A stretch of 64,000 nt of DNA from Butyrivibrio sp. (GTDB lineage Bacteria; Bacillota; Clostridia; Lachnospirales; Lachnospiraceae). The position numbers and the translations under genes were made by a program. Location: assembly GCA_017634825.1 (NCBI GenBank), contig JAGBMP010000064.1, positions 10,332-74,331 on the forward strand. Reading direction: 5' to 3'. Shown here piece after piece: positions 1 to 9,708 of this stretch; within the stretch, counting starts at the first letter, position 1, and each line of letters begins with the position of its first letter. Under the pieces are notes generated by a model. It was not told the origin of the DNA and ran no database searches. It worked only from the letters and a program-made list of their open reading frames with translations.

Positions 1-1
1 A

Positions 2-829
2 AAGGACCTTGCGGAGTACGGAAGAAAGGCTCACGGCCTCTCACCCATCGCAGCTGCAGCCCTCGGAAGACTTATGACAGGCACAGTTATGATGGGAACA
101 ATGATGGACAATGAGAGCGACCTTATAACCGTCAAGATGGACGGTGACGGACCACTTCGCTCTGTGCTGGCAACAGCCGATAACAAGGGAAATGTAAAGG
201 GATATGTAAGTAATCCCTACGTCATAATGGAGCCCAACGAATCCGGCCATTTAAACGTCGGCGGCGGAATCGGTGAGGGAACACTTACCGTTATCAGAGA
301 TATGGGAATGAAAGAGCCGTATGTGGGACAGGTTCCTCTCTACTCAGGAGAGGTGGCAGAGGATCTGACGTACTATTTCACCAAGTCAGAGCAGACACCT
401 TCTTCAGTCGGACTTGGAGTTTTGGTTGAGAGGGAGAGCCTTTCTGTTATCGCTGCAGGAGGTTTCATCATCCAGCTCCTTCCTTTTGCCGATGAAGCTA
501 CCATATCCCATCTTGAGGAAAATCTTCAGAAATTTACATCCGTGACGGATATCCTAAAGGCCGGCAAGACACCTGAGGAACTTCTGAATATTGTGCTTGA
601 TGGATTTGACATAGAGATAACCGACAGAGTGGACCTCAATTTCTACTGCAATTGCGACAAGGACAGAGTAGAGAGAGCCCTGATGCTCATCGGAGAAAAA
701 GAAATCCAGGAAATGATAGATGAAGGCAAGGAAGTGGAGCTTAAGTGCCATTTCTGCAATAAATCATATATGTTCAGCGTAGATGAACTCAAGAAAGTTA
801 AAGAGATGGCCAAGATCAGGAAGAAGTGA
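2..829 (+). CDS. hslO: Hsp33 family redox-regulated chaperone (5'-truncated by window edge)
   Basis: Frame is open from base 2 (KDLAEYGRKAHGLSPIAAAALGRLM...). Contains YFTKSEQTPS, AAGGFIIQLLP and the C-terminal zinc motifs CNC...CHFC. Confidence 0.95.
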   Translation, partial: KDLAEYGRKAHGLSPIAAAALGRLMTGTVMMGTMMDNESDLITVKMDGDGPLRSVLATADNKGNVKGYVSNPYVIMEPNESGHLNVGGGIGEGTLTVIRDMGMKEPYVGQVPLYSGEVAEDLTYYFTKSEQTPSSVGLGVLVERESLSVIAAGGFIIQLLPFADEATISHLEENLQKFTSVTDILKAGKTPEELLNIVLDGFDIEITDRVDLNFYCNCDKDRVERALMLIGEKEIQEMIDEGKEVELKCHFCNKSYMFSVDELKKVKEMAKIRKK

Positions 830-835
830 TCATCA

Positions 836-874
836 AAAAATGAGCCCTGGGGACGGAGTCAGGGGCTCATTTTT
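836..874. terminator. Bidirectional intrinsic terminator between convergent genes
   Basis: Inverted repeat aaaaatgagccc ... gggctcattttt, flanked by A and T tracts. Confidence 0.7.
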
Positions 875-1517
875 CATGCATATGTACTGTGGGCAGATTC
901 CACTCAAAATGCATGGCTAAAAATCGCAGGATCACAATGGTGAAAAAGCCGCAGACAGAGCTGATGAGTTCGCTCTGTGTATACTTCCAGAGAAGTACGG
1001 TTACTGCAGCTCCTGCGATACAGGCTATTGCATAGACGTGCTTGACCAAGACGTAAGGGACCTTGTCGGCAAGTACATCTCTTATAAGCCCTCCGCCGAT
1101 TCCTGTTATTACTCCGAGAAATGCCACCAGAAAGAGATTGTCCGAATATTCGGAGTATATCCCTGCAAAGGCACCATCTACCGTAAAGGCTGCCAGGCCC
1201 AGGGTGTCAAGCCAGAACAGGAGCTTGTCATAGACCGGAGTGATCCCCTTTGGAATGGGCTTTTTCAGATACATTACTATAAAGGCAATATTGGCTGTAA
1301 TAAGGGTTATTATGGTGAGGGATGGGTTTACGAACATGACAGGCGGAATCCTGTCTATGATGACATCTCTAAGGAGTCCTCCGCCTGTTGCGGTTACAAG
1401 AGCCATCAGGTTTATGCCGAATAGATCCATGTCCTTTTTGGCTGCCACTACAGCTCCGGATATGGCAAATGCTATAAGTCCCACATTTTCAATTATTACC
1501 ATTATCAGTGAGTTCAT
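867..1517 (-). CDS. Trimeric intracellular cation channel (TRIC/UPF0126, YadS-like) membrane protein
   Basis: Two internal repeats: FAISGA...DLFG...TATGGGLLRD and LGLAAFTVDG...TGIGGGLIRD. Hydrophobic throughout. Confidence 0.9.
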   Translation of the reverse strand: MNSLIMVIIENVGLIAFAISGAVVAAKKDMDLFGINLMALVTATGGGLLRDVIIDRIPPVMFVNPSLTIITLITANIAFIVMYLKKPIPKGITPVYDKLLFWLDTLGLAAFTVDGAFAGIYSEYSDNLFLVAFLGVITGIGGGLIRDVLADKVPYVLVKHVYAIACIAGAAVTVLLWKYTQSELISSVCGFFTIVILRFLAMHFEWNLPTVHMHEK

Positions 1518-1727
1518 CGTATTTTAATCTCCTGATCTGTTTTACATTTAAATTGCAATACTACGACATAATATCTGATTTGGAAATAAAAGTAAATGAT
1601 TGCAATTGAATGTACAAATTCAAATTAATCAAAATTTAATAAACATAAAGGCGATATTTAGTCGGTCAGTAGTATAATATATTTAGTTATATTACGTGCT
1701 TAAGGTTTGATTACGAAAGGGGCAGAC

Positions 1728-3449
1728 ATGGAGAAAAAGGTACGAAACGGAAAACTTGTATTAAAGCTTATATTTGCTGCGATCGCAGCGATCATCGGCA
1801 TTTCGATAGTGCTGACTATTATCAGTTCCGTAAATATCAACAATGTATATAACGAAATGGTTGAAGAGGAACTTAAGATCGGTGCCGAGCATCTGCAGAG
1901 TGAGCTGAACTCAGTCTGGGACGGTGATTGGGAATATATTGACGGAAGGCTCTACAAGGGCGGACAGGACGTCATGGAAGAGTATGAGGAGCTTATGGAC
2001 GAACTCAGTAGCAAGACGGGTATTGAGTACGCGCTCTTTTACATGGACGAGAGAGTTCTTACCACAATGTCTGAGAACGGCAAGAAGCTGACCGGATTTA
2101 AGGCAAACGCCGACAGAGTTGCACAGGTAATAAACGGAAAGCAGGAGTATTACGCACCCAAGACCAGCGTTGCGGGAACGACAACAAGTTATTTTGCTTA
2201 CTATGCTCCTATGACACAGACTGACGGCACTCCTGCCGGTATGGTATTTGCAGGAAGAGGCGTCGAGGATGTTAAGAACAGGATCAACAGGATCATTATC
2301 ACAATGGTTGTTATCTCCATCGCCCTTGCAATAGCTCTTTCAGCTGTAGGCTTCTTTGTAGCAAGTAAGGTTTCAGTTCAGATGAAGGCTATTGCCGATG
2401 AGCTTGGACATCTTTCAACCGGTGAACTTAAACTTAATATAGACCAAAATTCACTTAAAAGAAATGATGAGATCGGACTTCTTGCTGACGGGGCTCAGAC
2501 TCTTAGCGATAAGCTTGGCGAAGTAATCCGTACTACCATGGACATGTCTGATGAACTTAAGAGAAGCGGAAGCGAGCTTTCGGATTCCGCAAGCCAGGCT
2601 TCAACTGCATCAAGCCAGGTATCCGAAGCTGTAGATGAGATATCAAAAGGAGCTGTATCCCAGGCGGAGAGCGTTGAGACTGCAGCCGGAAATACTCAGG
2701 CTATCGGAAAAGACATCGAGGAAGTATCCGATAACGTTGAGGAGCTTAATGCTTATGCAAGTGAGATGAAGACTTCCTGCGAAGCTGCAATGGAAGCGCT
2801 CAACAAACTTATTTCACAGAGTACTGAGGTTCAGAGCTCCGTGCGTGAGATTGGAGATACCATCAACTCCACAAATGATTCTGCAAAAGAGATTTCCAAG
2901 TTCTCACAGGCTATCACAGAGATCGCATCCCAGACAAACCTGCTTTCACTTAATGCCAGCATTGAGGCAGCAAGGGCAGGAGATGCAGGTAAGGGCTTTG
3001 CGGTAGTTGCAACAGAGATCGGACAGCTCGCTGTACAGAGCAGTAACTCAGCGGAAGAGATCAAGAAGATTGTTGAAAAATTGGTTGCTGATTCAGAGGC
3101 GTCCGTAGAGGTAATGCAGAAGCTCAATGCCAATTTCGAACAGCAGGCAGAGCAGCTTGATAATACAAAAGACAACATGCAGAGCATGAAGGAAAATGTA
3201 GACAATGTTTCCACCAGCACCGACAGCATCGCAAGCCATGTCGATCAGCTTAACACCGCTAAGGACAAGCTTGTGGAGATCATTTCCGATCTGTCTGCTA
3301 TATCAGAAGAAAATGCAGCTTCCACGCAGGAAACAAATGCTTCCATGCAGGAGCTCAACGCAACATTTACTATAATCACAGAGTCTGCAAACAAGCTGCA
3401 GGATCTTGCAACCAACATGCAGGATGCAATCAGCTATTTCAAACCATAA
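1728..3449 (+). CDS. Methyl-accepting chemotaxis protein (Cache-like sensor, HAMP, MCP signal domain)
   Basis: Two TM helices and the hallmark [33 protein letters not shown] at 1728 follows the SD gaaagggg. Confidence 0.95.
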   Translation: MEKKVRNGKLVLKLIFAAIAAIIGISIVLTIISSVNINNVYNEMVEEELKIGAEHLQSELNSVWDGDWEYIDGRLYKGGQDVMEEYEELMDELSSKTGIEYALFYMDERVLTTMSENGKKLTGFKANADRVAQVINGKQEYYAPKTSVAGTTTSYFAYYAPMTQTDGTPAGMVFAGRGVEDVKNRINRIIITMVVISIALAIALSAVGFFVASKVSVQMKAIADELGHLSTGELKLNIDQNSLKRNDEIGLLADGAQTLSDKLGEVIRTTMDMSDELKRSGSELSDSASQASTASSQVSEAVDEISKGAVSQAESVETAAGNTQAIGKDIEEVSDNVEELNAYASEMKTSCEAAMEALNKLISQSTEVQSSVREIGDTINSTNDSAKEISKFSQAITEIASQTNLLSLNASIEAARAGDAGKGFAVVATEIGQLAVQSSNSAEEIKKIVEKLVADSEASVEVMQKLNANFEQQAEQLDNTKDNMQSMKENVDNVSTSTDSIASHVDQLNTAKDKLVEIISDLSAISEENAASTQETNASMQELNATFTIITESANKLQDLATNMQDAISYFKP

Positions 3450-3483
3450 AATCAAACCATAAAATATAAATAAAATTTTAAAG

Positions 3484-3521
3484 TCCCCTGACCGCAAAAG
3501 CGCATGGTCAGGGGATTTTTT
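3484..3521 (+). terminator. Intrinsic terminator after MCP gene
   Basis: Stem tcccctgacc/ggtcagggga followed by a T run. Confidence 0.85.
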
Positions 3522-3536
3522 AACGATTTTACGGAA

Positions 3537-3565
3537 TTGACATATATTTAACGGATAGATATAAT
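3537..3565 (+). promoter_or_regulatory. Sigma-A promoter of rex
   Basis: Perfect TTGACA (3537-3542), 17-nt spacer, TATAAT (3560-3565). Confidence 0.85.
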
Positions 3566-3569
3566 CAAT

Positions 3570-3587
3570 TTGATGGATAATTAACAA
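3570..3587. promoter_or_regulatory. Putative Rex operator (autoregulation)
   Basis: TTGATGG-ATAA-TTAACAA versus the clostridial Rex consensus TTGTTAA-N4-TTAACAA. Right half is perfect, and the site lies at the expected transcription start. Confidence 0.5.
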
Positions 3588-3612
3588 ACACAGTACTTTT
3601 TTGGAGAATGAC

Positions 3613-4257
3613 ATGGCAGAAAAAGAGATTTCTCAGGCGGTCATCAGCAGACTGCCCAGATATTTTAGATATCTTGGAGACCTTAAGGAGAGAGGCGTTG
3701 AGAGGATTTCTTCTCAGGAGCTTTCCGATATCATGAAGGTCACAGCTTCACAGATCAGACAGGACTTCAACAACTTCGGTGGCTTTGGCCAGCAGGGATA
3801 TGGTTATAACGTACAGTATCTCTACGACGAGATCGGCAAGATCCTCGGCCTTGATAAGCAGCACAGCCTGGTTATCATCGGCGCCGGACACCTTGGCAAG
3901 GCTCTTGCAGGTTATACCAATTTCACAAGAAGAGGCTTTGTGTTCAAGGGAGCTTTTGATTGCAATCCTGAGCTCTACGGAACCAAGATCCGTGACGTTG
4001 AGGTAAGACCGGTTGACGAAGTGGAAGATTTTGTCAGAGACAACAAAATCGAAATAGCTGTTCTTACTATTCCCAAGGAGCAGGCTGTTCCAATGGCACA
4101 CAGACTGGCATGCTGCGGAATCAAGGCTATATGGAACTTTGCGCATGTTGACCTTGAAGTTCCTAACAATATTCAGGTAGAAAATGTACATTTATCTGAC
4201 AGTTTGATGAAATTATCGTATAATATAGATAGGTATGAAAAATCATTAAAACATTAG
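3613..4257 (+). CDS. rex: Redox-sensing transcriptional repressor Rex
   Basis: RLPRYFRYL, ISSQELS, QIRQDFNNFGGFGQQGYGY; Rossmann GAGHLG; IWNFA. Confidence 0.97.
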   Translation: MAEKEISQAVISRLPRYFRYLGDLKERGVERISSQELSDIMKVTASQIRQDFNNFGGFGQQGYGYNVQYLYDEIGKILGLDKQHSLVIIGAGHLGKALAGYTNFTRRGFVFKGAFDCNPELYGTKIRDVEVRPVDEVEDFVRDNKIEIAVLTIPKEQAVPMAHRLACCGIKAIWNFAHVDLEVPNNIQVENVHLSDSLMKLSYNIDRYEKSLKH

Positions 4258-4269
4258 TGAGAGAATCTG

Positions 4270-4935
4270 ATGGCAAGAGATGATAATGTCTATATGTCTG
4301 CGCTGGAGGGCAAGAGTATCCCTATTCTGACACTTGATGACAAGTGGCACCAGCTTTTCACCCAGACTGAGATGACTCCGGAGATAGAGAGTCTTTCCGA
4401 TGAACTTAATGCATTGGTCGACAGGGACGGCAAGATACGCACAGAGACCAAGAAGATCAAGAAGCTAAAAAAGACGCTTCTTTCAGAGATTGTGCCCCTT
4501 CGCGACAAGGCCAACAAATCCGGTGGCAACAATGCAGCGATAGAAAAAGAGATCTCTGAGAGAACCAGACTTATCAATGAATGTAATGAGAAGCTTGATA
4601 GCCACAACGATGAGCTTTTGGATCTTTCAAGACAGATATATGATGTGGATTACAAGCTTATGATAGAGACCATGAAGGCTTGTTACGATACGCTTCACAC
4701 CAATACGGAGTATATCAAGGGCCTTGATGAGTGGATATCCAAGGTGCGCGTAGAGCTCAAGAAAAATGTCATCCATCTTCAGGAAGCAGAAATGGAGAAC
4801 TACAATCTCTACTCCTACATGCATCAGATCTTCGGGCCGGAAGTTATCGACCTCTTTGATATGAAATATGATCCAAACCGCAGACATCCTATAAGACGAC
4901 CTCTTGAAGGCGATGAGGATGAATATGTAGAGTGA
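4270..4935 (+). CDS. Hypothetical coiled-coil protein
   Basis: 221-aa ORF just after rex, rich in K/E/L heptads. Confidence 0.75.
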   Translation: MARDDNVYMSALEGKSIPILTLDDKWHQLFTQTEMTPEIESLSDELNALVDRDGKIRTETKKIKKLKKTLLSEIVPLRDKANKSGGNNAAIEKEISERTRLINECNEKLDSHNDELLDLSRQIYDVDYKLMIETMKACYDTLHTNTEYIKGLDEWISKVRVELKKNVIHLQEAEMENYNLYSYMHQIFGPEVIDLFDMKYDPNRRHPIRRPLEGDEDEYVE

Positions 4936-4949
4936 TTGGAAATAATATG

Positions 4950-4980
4950 TCCCGGTCTGGCTTTTCAGACCGGGATTTTC
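4950..4980 (+). terminator. Intrinsic terminator-like hairpin
   Basis: Stem tcccggtctg/cagaccggga followed by tttt. Confidence 0.6.
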
Positions 4981-5000
4981 GTTTAATAGGGGGGATTGGT

Positions 5001-6569
5001 ATGGTGAATGGTTTTAAATTTGCTGTAAACAGTCAGGAGATGAAAATTTACGACAGGAATACATCTGAACACTTTGGGGTGGCGACGGAGGTACTGATGG
5101 AGAGGGCATCTCTGGCGGTGGCCGATGTTGTTGATGAGTGGAGAAACAAAAGAGAAGCCAAAAGAACATATAGGGCACTGGTTATGGCCGGCGTTGGGAA
5201 TAATGGCGGAGACGGCGTGTGCGTGGCAAGACTTCTTAAGCAGAGGGGCTACGTTGTGAACCTTTGCGTTGTTGGAGATCCGACCAAGTGCTCGGAGCTT
5301 CTTTTAAAGCAACTGGAAATTGCAGAAAACTATGGAATCCATAAGGACACTTTTTCCAACATAAGCTGCAACAAATCCGAAGCGGACTTTGATATCATTG
5401 TAGATGGTTTATTTGGCATAGGTCTCTCAAGGCCTGTTACCGGAGAATATCTGGATGCTGTCAATTATATAAACAGCTGTAAGAGACAAAGAGATACAGA
5501 TATGTTTCTGGTTTCTATAGATATTGCCTCGGGAATAAGTGCTGATGACGGACGCATCTGCGGAGCAGCAGTCAGAGCCGATGCCACAGTGACCTTTAAT
5601 CAGGCCAAGATCGGGCATATCATGTATCCCGGATGCGAATATACAGGCAAGCTTTTTGTTAAAGATGTCGGTATTACTGAAGATAGCTTTCTTTCTAAGG
5701 AGCCGGGAGCCATCTATTACGACGGCAGTGCGAAAGCTCTTTTACCCGAAAGGGACCCTTCAGGAAACAAGGGTACTTACGGGAAAGTACTGATAATCGC
5801 AGGCTCCAAGGACATCAGCGGAGCGTGCATCTTGTGCGCAGGAGCATGCCTTAAGGCCGGAGCAGGGATGGTCAGAGTGTTCACTGCGTCGGAGAATGCA
5901 GAGGCGGTAAAAGCTCTTTTACCTGAAGCGATACTTGATACCTACGATAACTTTGAACCTGTGGGAGATAAGCTGATGACGGCCATGAAGTGGTCGACGC
6001 AGGCGGTAATAGGCCCGGGAATCGGAACGGAAGGGAAAGGACGTGAGCTCATTACAGATGTTCTTACCTTTTATGACAAGAGCCTTATTATGGACGCCGA
6101 TGCCCTGAACCTTATTGCAGAGGATGAGCAGCTCTTTAAGCTTGCTGCAAACTTTGGAAGAGACGGAAAAAGACTTATCATAACACCGCACATGGGCGAG
6201 TTTGCAAGGCTGTTTGGAAGCGATATAAGGGATTGCAAGGAGCATATTACCCAGTATCCGTTTGAACTTGCCAAAAAGCTTCACTGCAGCGTTATCTGCA
6301 AGGATGCCAGAAGTGTTGTGGCTGACATGGATTCAAAAAAGATATATATTAATGTGAGTGGGAATGATGGAATGGCAACAGCCGGAAGCGGAGATGTACT
6401 GGCCGGAATTCTCGGAGCGTTCCTCTCATACGGTATGGACGGGTTTGAGACTGCAATAGCAGGTGCATACATTCACGGACGAGCAGGAGATGTGGCAGCA
6501 AAAGAGATCGGGAAGCACTCGGTGGTTGCTTCGGATATAGCTACGTCGCTCCCGGAAGTGCTGCGATAA
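5001..6569 (+). CDS. nnr: Bifunctional NAD(P)H-hydrate epimerase/dehydratase (YjeF N+C)
   Basis: LMERA, GNNGGDG, IVDGLFGIG, NKGTYG, IGPGIG, DADALN, ITPHMGEF, MATAGSGDVLAG. Start placed at ATG 5001, after a G-rich SD. Confidence 0.95.
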   Translation: MVNGFKFAVNSQEMKIYDRNTSEHFGVATEVLMERASLAVADVVDEWRNKREAKRTYRALVMAGVGNNGGDGVCVARLLKQRGYVVNLCVVGDPTKCSELLLKQLEIAENYGIHKDTFSNISCNKSEADFDIIVDGLFGIGLSRPVTGEYLDAVNYINSCKRQRDTDMFLVSIDIASGISADDGRICGAAVRADATVTFNQAKIGHIMYPGCEYTGKLFVKDVGITEDSFLSKEPGAIYYDGSAKALLPERDPSGNKGTYGKVLIIAGSKDISGACILCAGACLKAGAGMVRVFTASENAEAVKALLPEAILDTYDNFEPVGDKLMTAMKWSTQAVIGPGIGTEGKGRELITDVLTFYDKSLIMDADALNLIAEDEQLFKLAANFGRDGKRLIITPHMGEFARLFGSDIRDCKEHITQYPFELAKKLHCSVICKDARSVVADMDSKKIYINVSGNDGMATAGSGDVLAGILGAFLSYGMDGFETAIAGAYIHGRAGDVAAKEIGKHSVVASDIATSLPEVLR

Positions 6570-6600
6570 ATATTTAAACATTCAAAAGGATGTACTTAAA

Positions 6601-7770
6601 ATGATAACAAGTAACGATGAATATTCACGCGTGGCTGCAAGGATCAGCCTTGGTGCAATTGAACATAACCTTGAGGCTATGAAGAGAAATATCCCCGAAG
6701 GGACTAAGATGATGGCAGTCATCAAGACCGATGCCTACGGACATGGCTCGGTGGAGATCGGTAAGTTTCTGGAAAACAAGGACTATATCTGGGGCTATGC
6801 TACAGCAACAGCTGAGGAAGCCTTTGAGCTTCGCGATGCCGGCCTCAAAAAGCCCATTCTGATCCTGGGTTATACCTTCCCTTACGCCTATGAGAGAATG
6901 CTGACAGAAGGCATCAGGCCTGCAGTCTTCAGGATGGATATGGCAAAAGAGCTTGATGAGTGTGCAAAGGGATTACGTGCAAAGGGCATTTTGAAAGAGC
7001 CGGCTCCCATTCATCTTGCTGTAGATACAGGAATGAGCAGGATCGGAATAACGCCTGATGAAGACGGAGTGTCTTTTGCAAGAGATGTAAGACTTTTGGA
7101 AAATCTGCATATTGAAGGCGTGTTTACTCACTTTGCAAGGGCTGATGAGGAGGACCTTACAAATGCAAGAGATAGGGAAGAGGTATTTAAGAGATTCCTT
7201 GCGGCCTTTGAAGAGGAGTGCGGATATCGTATCCCTATCAAGCACTGTGCAAACTCAGCCAGCATAATCGCTATTCCCGAGTCCTCAATGGATATGGTAA
7301 GAGCCGGGGTTACAATGTACGGAATGTGGCCTTCTGACGAGGTGCCCAAGGATATCATTGATCTTAAGCCTGCGATGGAGCTTATCAGCCATGTTGTTAT
7401 GGTTAAGGACGTACCGAAGGGAACTCCTGTAAGCTACGGCGGAACCTTTGTGACAGATAAGGAGAGGACCAGGATTGCAACGATCCCTGTGGGATACGGC
7501 GACGGATATCCAAGAAGTCTTTCAAACAAGGGATACGTGCTGATTGACGGTCATCGCGCTCCGATTCTCGGAAGAGTATGCATGGATCAGTTCATGGTTG
7601 ATGTGACGGATATTCCTGATGTAAAAGAGGGAGATGAAGTAGTTCTTCTTGGTACAGACAAGAAGTCCGGAGAGACCATTTCAGCAGAACTCCTCGGTGA
7701 TATGAGCGGACGCTTTAACTACGAGCTGACCTGCGATATCAACAAGAGGGTGCCAAGAGTGTTTATATAG
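6601..7770 (+). CDS. alr: Alanine racemase
   Basis: AVIKTDAYGHG (PLP lysine), DTGMSRIG, GYGDGYPR, GRVCMDQ. Confidence 0.97.
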   Translation: MITSNDEYSRVAARISLGAIEHNLEAMKRNIPEGTKMMAVIKTDAYGHGSVEIGKFLENKDYIWGYATATAEEAFELRDAGLKKPILILGYTFPYAYERMLTEGIRPAVFRMDMAKELDECAKGLRAKGILKEPAPIHLAVDTGMSRIGITPDEDGVSFARDVRLLENLHIEGVFTHFARADEEDLTNARDREEVFKRFLAAFEEECGYRIPIKHCANSASIIAIPESSMDMVRAGVTMYGMWPSDEVPKDIIDLKPAMELISHVVMVKDVPKGTPVSYGGTFVTDKERTRIATIPVGYGDGYPRSLSNKGYVLIDGHRAPILGRVCMDQFMVDVTDIPDVKEGDEVVLLGTDKKSGETISAELLGDMSGRFNYELTCDINKRVPRVFI

Positions 7771-7777
7771 TCCCCTA

Positions 7778-7830
7778 TAGACGGTTAAGACATGTGATGA
7801 TATAATCTAAGTATCATCATATGTCTTTTT
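7778..7830 (+). promoter_or_regulatory. Promoter embedded in a 16-bp inverted repeat (alr terminator and/or TA operator)
   Basis: TAGACG-17-TATAAT with an extended TG. IR aagacatgtgatgata (7787-7802) / tatcatcatatgtctt (7812-7827), followed by a T run. Confidence 0.6.
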
Positions 7831-7848
7831 TATTGGAGGTAATTTACC

Positions 7849-8388
7849 ATGAGTTATGGTGAGAAATCCAAGAAATCAACAATGAAGTATATAAAGGATA
7901 AGCAGCAGGAAATAAAGGTACGTTATAAAAAGGATGAATATCTACTGGAGATTCTTCCTACCATTAAGAAGTCCGGTCTGCCTGTTGCAACATATATCAA
8001 GCTTGCTATCGCTGAAAAAATCGCTTCGGATAAGGCTCATCACGAAGAATTGGAGAAAATATTAGAAGCTGTAAAAAAAGCGACAGTAAAAGAAATACCT
8101 GCTATCTTTGATGATGATTGCAGACAGATTATTCTGTTTGGTTCATGTGCAAGAGGCGATTATACTGTTAATTCTGATGTGGATATTGCGATTTTAACAA
8201 ATAGTGATCGTGAAAAAGCTAAACAGTATAGTAGTCAGGTTGATGATGTTGCAGCAAAAATCGGAGTTGATACTACTGCTGTTGTAAATTTCGTCTGCCT
8301 TCCCTATAAGGAATATCAGGAAAAGAAAGGATGGTATCCTTTCTTTAAAAACATAGACAAGGATGGAATAGTATTATATGAACGTTGA
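7849..8388 (+). CDS. Minimal nucleotidyltransferase (MNT/MntA-like antitoxin) with an N-terminal putative DNA-binding extension
   Basis: IILFGSCARGD...SDVDIAIL motif. C-terminal FFKNIDKDGIVLYE is typical of MNT antitoxins. Confidence 0.85.
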   Translation: MSYGEKSKKSTMKYIKDKQQEIKVRYKKDEYLLEILPTIKKSGLPVATYIKLAIAEKIASDKAHHEELEKILEAVKKATVKEIPAIFDDDCRQIILFGSCARGDYTVNSDVDIAILTNSDREKAKQYSSQVDDVAAKIGVDTTAVVNFVCLPYKEYQEKKGWYPFFKNIDKDGIVLYER

Positions 8389-8494
8389 GAATATGAGGGA
8401 CTTGGCAAAAGTTAGATATGAGAGAGCGGTTGAGCTGGCAGAAGAGGCACAAGATTTATTGGATGACGGCCATTACAAATATGGCTTAGAATAA
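8378..8494 (+). pseudogene. Truncated HEPN-domain toxin (38 aa remnant)
   Basis: Not in the ORF track. MNVENMRDLAKVRYERAVELAEEAQDLLDDGHYKYGLE* overlaps the MNT stop and resembles HEPN helix 1, ending before the usual RAYY segment. Confidence 0.65.
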
Positions 8495-8514
8495 AAAAGA
8501 TTTCAGTAAACACA

Positions 8515-9654
8515 TTACTGAAATCTTTTTTTTGCATCAGCATATTGCGCGTTGATTTCCTGGAGAGCTGCAGTGTCGCCGTCCATGTTGTCGGGGTGAT
8601 ATAGCTTTACAAGTGATTTGTACTTCTTATCAACGCTTTCACGGCTGGTGCAGCCAGCAAAGAAGTCGAAGGTGGAGGAGATTACTGGTTCACGACGGGA
8701 TTTTGGATCATCATAGTCATCTTCAAAGTCTTCATCTTCGAAGCCCTCATCTTCATAGTCTTCGTCATCGAAGTCTTCGTCTTCTTCATCATCCTCGTAG
8801 TAATCATCATCGTTGTAGTAGTCATTTCTGCTTCTGAAACGCCTGTTATCTACATTCCTGTCACGGCGATTGTCATAATGATCGTCTTCGTAGTCTCTTT
8901 CGTCCTCGTAGTAATCCTCTTCATCTTCGTAGTAGTCATCCGGATCGTCATAGTCTTCTTCATCGTCTTCGTCGTAGCTGTCATCTTCATAGAAATCGGC
9001 ACGACTGTCTCTTTTTCGGTTTCGTTCTTCCGCCTCAAGCTCTCGATTTCTCTTTTTCATCATCCTGTCATATTTGCGCTCTTCATGCTTTCGTCCGGCC
9101 TCAGGGAAGAGACGGTAGTACCTGCCCATGAACTGGGCAAGGAAGTTCTTTCCAAATAGTGCCATAAGAACATAGAGTACAGCGTCAACTACCATTCCGA
9201 TAAACAGGACATTTCCGTAAGAAGCAAAAACCGAGATGAGTAGAAGCACGCATACTACAGGAAGGAACATGAGAATGGTCAAAAGCAGCAGTGCAATATA
9301 AGCAGCCTTTCCCTTATAGGAGTGAACATTGAACATCCACCAGCGGAAGAGTTCTGCAAAGATCGCGGTAGTGACGTGCCGGCCTCTGTCCAGCATTGGT
9401 GTTGCCTGCTGAGCAATCTCGCCGCCCTCGGGAATATTGCCCGCAATACTGTTGAAGCCACCAAAGAGCATGAATATATTCACAATAAATAGCAGGAAAA
9501 AGACAATGCAGGTGATGGGAAGGGTTGCGAAAAATAGCTTAACAGCTTTAAGCATGCTCTTAAGAAACCATGAGATCAGCGAAAAAAATGCCTTTAAAGC
9601 ATATAAAAGCGCAGTGGTAACTGCGTTGATGATCATTGTAAGAAATGAAACCAT
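8515..9654 (-). CDS. Membrane protein with acidic low-complexity linker and C-terminal J-domain
   Basis: N-terminal TM helices, a long D/E/Y-rich tract, then KYKSLVKLYHPDN...LQEINAQY (HPD motif). ATG at 9654 follows SD ggagg. Confidence 0.85.
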   Translation of the reverse strand: MVSFLTMIINAVTTALLYALKAFFSLISWFLKSMLKAVKLFFATLPITCIVFFLLFIVNIFMLFGGFNSIAGNIPEGGEIAQQATPMLDRGRHVTTAIFAELFRWWMFNVHSYKGKAAYIALLLLTILMFLPVVCVLLLISVFASYGNVLFIGMVVDAVLYVLMALFGKNFLAQFMGRYYRLFPEAGRKHEERKYDRMMKKRNRELEAEERNRKRDSRADFYEDDSYDEDDEEDYDDPDDYYEDEEDYYEDERDYEDDHYDNRRDRNVDNRRFRSRNDYYNDDDYYEDDEEDEDFDDEDYEDEGFEDEDFEDDYDDPKSRREPVISSTFDFFAGCTSRESVDKKYKSLVKLYHPDNMDGDTAALQEINAQYADAKKRFQ

Positions 9655-9679
9655 TTTGCCTCCAATCAATACTTTCTCA

Positions 9680-9708
9680 ATTATAAGAAAAATGTGTCAT
9701 GTTCACAA
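9680..9708 (-). promoter_or_regulatory. Sigma-A promoter of the J-domain gene
   Basis: Minus strand TTGTGA-17-TATAAT. Confidence 0.55.

Noticed and set aside
1630-1657. Sigma-28-like promoter (CAAA-N16-GGCGATAT) before the MCP
   Set aside because: Plausible for a chemotaxis gene, but both boxes deviate from consensus in AT-rich DNA, so it cannot be supported.
3441-3465. Short direct repeat aaaccataaaat x2 at the MCP stop
   Set aside because: Low-complexity local duplication with no associated element.
8700-9000. tcatc/tcttc/tcgtc microsatellite-like tract
   Set aside because: Explained by Asp/Glu/Tyr codons of the minus-strand J-domain gene.
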